This document shows positions 61,087 to 64,000 of a DNA stretch of 64,000 nt, one piece after another. Origin of the DNA: Polyangiales bacterium (GTDB taxonomy: Bacteria > Myxococcota_A > Polyangia > Polyangiales > Houyiibacteriaceae). A program made the translations under genes and the position numbers. The stretch spans positions 12,541-76,540 of the forward strand of contig JBGCFM010000074.1 in the NCBI GenBank assembly GCA_045106895.1, read 5' to 3'. Within the stretch, counting starts at the first letter, position 1. The number at the start of each line of letters is the position of its first letter. The notes beneath the pieces are model-generated. The model had not been told where the DNA came from. It worked only from the letters and a program-made list of their open reading frames with translations, and ran no database searches.

Positions 61087-62316
61087 ATGACATGCTGCGT
61101 AGCGATGAGCGGCCCGAACACACTTTTCTTGGCGGCGCTTCTGGCTCTCTGTGCTTGCGGTACGCGCAGCGCACTCCTCGTGGAGCTGCGTGATGACGCC
61201 GGGGACGCCGGCGTGGGCGCTCCCGATGCTTCGACGAATACACCGGACGCACGAAGCGATGCCAGAGGCGCGGATACGAGCGTGGTTCCTAGCGAGTGTG
61301 TCTGGGGACCCCGGCGCGAGGGTGACACCATCGCCGAGCCGGCGCGCATCGAACTGGAAGAGGGTTTCAGCTTGAGCGACGTTCAGGTTGTCGCCTACGA
61401 CGAGGGCTACTTCTTCGTGGCCCAAGGACGCTTCGGCGAACAGGCCCGTGTGATCTTCGGAAGCTTCGACGAGTCCCAAGAAGAGACCATCGTATACGAC
61501 GCGCAGCAGGGGAATGCAGCGAAGCTAGCGGCGACGTCGCGGTCCAGTGTGTTCTCCGAAGGACAGCGTCTGCTGCGCCTCGAACAAAACCGGCGTGGCT
61601 TCTCATTCCCGTTCATGAACGGATGTCGCTCTGTTATACATGGCGGCGAACGCGCCTTTGCGTGGGTGGACGTCGGAGCAAACACCTCAGCGATTTGGGA
61701 CGTGCGTCTCGACCCAAGTGAACCCTTCGATGAAACCGTTATGGCCCAAAGTGCGGTACCGCGGGTCTTTCCGGAAGAGATCTTAGGTGCCGCGTGGGAT
61801 TCAGAAGGCGAGCGAGGCATGTGGCTCACCGGCGAAGTTCGCGCAGCGCTTGGACGCCAGAGCCTCTGGACCTACGACGGCGAAGCGCCGAGACGCGTAG
61901 ACATCGAGACCGACGAACGCTTTGTGTGGCTGCACGGACTCGCGCTTTTCGAAGGGCGGGCGATGTCCTTTGACCTGAACGAGGCGCCTCGCCTCCTGCT
62001 CATCGAGCCGAACTCTGGCGCCATCCTGGAGGAGCGCGAGGTCTCGATGACCCTCTTCGAAAATGCGGGCCCGCCGCGAGATGCTGATCTTGCGGCCCAC
62101 GCGAATGGAAGCCTCGCGAACATGAGCGGGGTCCTCGTCGACTTTCCGGCGGATGGCGAAGCACGCGTCGTCTTCGACGAAAACGTCGACCGGCGCGGCC
62201 AAGCGCTCTTGGGACATGACGTCGCTCTCCGCGGCGACCACGCGGTGACGGCGACGGGCTACCAGCGCGCGGAAGGACGTTCGGTGGTAGAGCTACGCCA
62301 CTTCGAGTGTCGCTAA
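61087..62316 (+). CDS. Hypothetical lipoprotein
   Basis: MTCCVAMSGPNTLFLAALLALCACG has a lipobox; an alternative ATG lies at 61105. About 400 aa. I recognised no family. Confidence 0.6.
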   Translation: MTCCVAMSGPNTLFLAALLALCACGTRSALLVELRDDAGDAGVGAPDASTNTPDARSDARGADTSVVPSECVWGPRREGDTIAEPARIELEEGFSLSDVQVVAYDEGYFFVAQGRFGEQARVIFGSFDESQEETIVYDAQQGNAAKLAATSRSSVFSEGQRLLRLEQNRRGFSFPFMNGCRSVIHGGERAFAWVDVGANTSAIWDVRLDPSEPFDETVMAQSAVPRVFPEEILGAAWDSEGERGMWLTGEVRAALGRQSLWTYDGEAPRRVDIETDERFVWLHGLALFEGRAMSFDLNEAPRLLLIEPNSGAILEEREVSMTLFENAGPPRDADLAAHANGSLANMSGVLVDFPADGEARVVFDENVDRRGQALLGHDVALRGDHAVTATGYQRAEGRSVVELRHFECR

Positions 62317-62966
62317 GTCACGTCGGAGACGGCGCAAGTTTCGGCTTCCGAGATGCGCTTCCAAGATACCGCCCAAGCAAGAACGCCGCCCGCCGCGAGA
62401 CCGCTCAAGTGCACCCAGTCTACCTGGGTGCGCGCGCCACTTTCGAACCACATCGCGACGGCGAAAGCGACGAGTGCGATGCGGAGTGCGAGCTGAGCTC
62501 TGGAGTGTCCGCGGCGGCAGGTGTCGACGGCGAGGGCTCCGATAAGGCCCCAGGTACCGGCGGACATGCCGAGCGCCGGCCCGGCGTTGCCGAAGAGAAG
62601 ATGCATGATGGAGCCGCTTAGGTGCGCCAGAAAGAAGACGGCCGCGAACACTGCATGCCCACGTGCCCGCTCGTAGAGACCTCCGTAGGCCACCAGCTGA
62701 AACGCGTTGGTAGCCCAGTGCATCCAGCTTCCGTGGAGGAGCCACGCGCTGAGCAGACCAAGGGGTCTGGCCTTGGAGAGGCTGTAGGTCTCGAAGAAGT
62801 CGTAGTAGATGTCGTAGTCGCGCTGGGTGCCTTCGCTCGGCACTTCCGCGACGAGGTCGAATGGCGAGGGCGGACGGATCGACTCGGACCAGAAGATCAC
62901 CGCGAGGGTGAGTCCGAAGATGACGAGCGTCAGCCAGGGCCAGCGAGTGTTCGGCGCAGACTCCAA
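62313..62966 (-). CDS. Rhomboid family intramembrane serine protease
   Basis: Motifs: WMHWATNAF (HxxxN), catalytic GMSAGTWGLIG (GxSxxxxG) and VHLSGLAAG. Multiple TM helices. TTG start. Confidence 0.7.
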   Translation of the reverse strand: MESAPNTRWPWLTLVIFGLTLAVIFWSESIRPPSPFDLVAEVPSEGTQRDYDIYYDFFETYSLSKARPLGLLSAWLLHGSWMHWATNAFQLVAYGGLYERARGHAVFAAVFFLAHLSGSIMHLLFGNAGPALGMSAGTWGLIGALAVDTCRRGHSRAQLALRIALVAFAVAMWFESGARTQVDWVHLSGLAAGGVLAWAVSWKRISEAETCAVSDVT

Positions 62967-62969
62967 CGC

Positions 62970-63944
62970 TCAGGTGTGTCGCTCGAGAAACTCGAAGGTA
63001 TCGCGCCAGCAGCGCTGTGCTTCGGCCAAGAAGGCGAATGCATGAAACGCATGGACCTGCCCTGGATAGTAGCGGTCTTCGGCGGCGCCTCCGAGGGCGC
63101 GAAGTGCCGCACCGAGTCGCCGGGTGTCGTCGAGGAGTGGGTCTCTTGTTCCGACGGGCAGAAAGAAGGGCGGTAGATCACGCTCGGGCTTTTCACCCCG
63201 CTCGACCCAGTTCACCGGGTCCGCAAAATCTAGCGTCGAGCCGTAGGTGTCCACGTCGTTCGGGAGGTAGCCACGTTCGATCTCTTGCATTCGTTCGGCG
63301 ACGAAACGCGGAAAGTCGGGCTTACGGCGGGCGAAGCGATCGACGTCGCTCACTTGAAAGATGCCGCACGCCGGCAAGACCGCGCGCGGGACGACGCCCG
63401 TGTCGAAGACCCGTTGGGCAAAGGCTTCTTCGCGTCTGTACACCGTCGACAAAGCGAGGCCCGTGGCGAGGTTCGCCCCAGCGGATTCGCCGGCGATGAC
63501 AAGCTGCGAGAGGTCCGCGCCGTGCTTGGGCCCGTGCTCACAGAGCCACTCGAAGGCGCCGCCCACGTCTTCGGCGGCGGCGGGGAATGGGTGTTCCGGC
63601 GCGAGGCGGTAGCCGACGTTGAAGACGAGATACCCACGTCGCGCAAACGAGAGGCCCATGATCCAATGCGTCTCTTTCGATAGGATACGAAAGCCGCCAC
63701 CATGAATATAGAGCACCGTCGGCAGTGGCCCCTCGGCGTTGCTCGGACGGTAGATGTCGAGGCGATGTCGCGCGAGGGCGCTGTCGGCGTGATAGCCAAG
63801 GTCGCGCTCCACGACGACGCCGTGGCGCTCAGGCTTTGCCATCGGGTGCAGCTGCCCAAGACGGGCGGCCCCCGCGAAGAAGCCGTGCGCGAGGGCTCCG
63901 CCTGCGCGTCGGCGCGCGTTGAGAATCTTCGACGCGAGTTTCAT
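62970..63944 (-). CDS. Alpha/beta hydrolase, hormone-sensitive-lipase/Aes-like esterase
   Basis: Oxyanion motif YIHGGGF, nucleophile elbow GESAGANL, and C-terminal DPLLDD and HAFH. The ATG at 63944 is the likely start. Its stop lies 3 nt from the rhomboid start. Confidence 0.8.
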   Translation of the reverse strand: MKLASKILNARRRAGGALAHGFFAGAARLGQLHPMAKPERHGVVVERDLGYHADSALARHRLDIYRPSNAEGPLPTVLYIHGGGFRILSKETHWIMGLSFARRGYLVFNVGYRLAPEHPFPAAAEDVGGAFEWLCEHGPKHGADLSQLVIAGESAGANLATGLALSTVYRREEAFAQRVFDTGVVPRAVLPACGIFQVSDVDRFARRKPDFPRFVAERMQEIERGYLPNDVDTYGSTLDFADPVNWVERGEKPERDLPPFFLPVGTRDPLLDDTRRLGAALRALGGAAEDRYYPGQVHAFHAFAFLAEAQRCWRDTFEFLERHT

Positions 63945-64000
63945 ACGCTGACCATAGCAACCTTCGCCACGAGAGTCAGAGTCCGTCGAGGGCACATCTC

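Noticed and set aside
60381-61349. A 322-aa minus-strand ORF, plus the 252-aa ORF 60721..61479.
   Set aside because: Both are Arg/Ser/Pro-rich, with no start context or motifs. They are antisense to plus-strand ORFs that have better protein-like sequence and a lipoprotein signal. Third-position GC did not clearly discriminate at 60540-60690, so some doubt remains for that sub-region.

Overview
High-GC segment (roughly mid-60s % by eye, not computed) that looks like a Myxococcota chromosome. Supporting features: four Hanks-type Ser/Thr kinases, a 1385-aa cysteine-rich-repeat surface protein with a MYXO-CTERM-like tail, a DUF1592/DUF1552 pair, and many lipoproteins and Pro/Ala-rich proteins. 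I call about 60 protein-coding genes and found no rRNA, tRNA or CRISPR array. Recognisable core genes are coaX, pcnB, nagZ, xthA and hflX, plus a TetR regulator, an arsR-arsM pair and an ABC-2 exporter pair. The most unusual stretch is about 41.6-54.9 kb. It holds a SauUSI-type (PLD nuclease + SF2 helicase + DUF3427) type IV restriction gene, co-directional with a 1081-aa DUF4132 protein that is translationally coupled to a lipase-maturation-factor-like membrane protein. Next comes a visibly AT-richer mosaic: a twice-frameshifted RhuM gene, a minimal nucleotidyltransferase with an overlapping small partner ORF, a divergent DUF4238 gene, a frameshifted Mrr-type nuclease and a DUF222/HNH endonuclease. 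The Mrr remnant and the HNH gene are bracketed by an imperfect ~51-nt direct repeat. Other recurring themes are three kinase + membrane protein + lipoprotein operons, a second DUF4132 paralogue upstream of the Cys-rich surface protein, a tight four-gene envelope operon at 29.8-32.8 kb, and short in-frame tandem repeats in several genes. All family names come from motif recognition by eye and memory; no database search was run.
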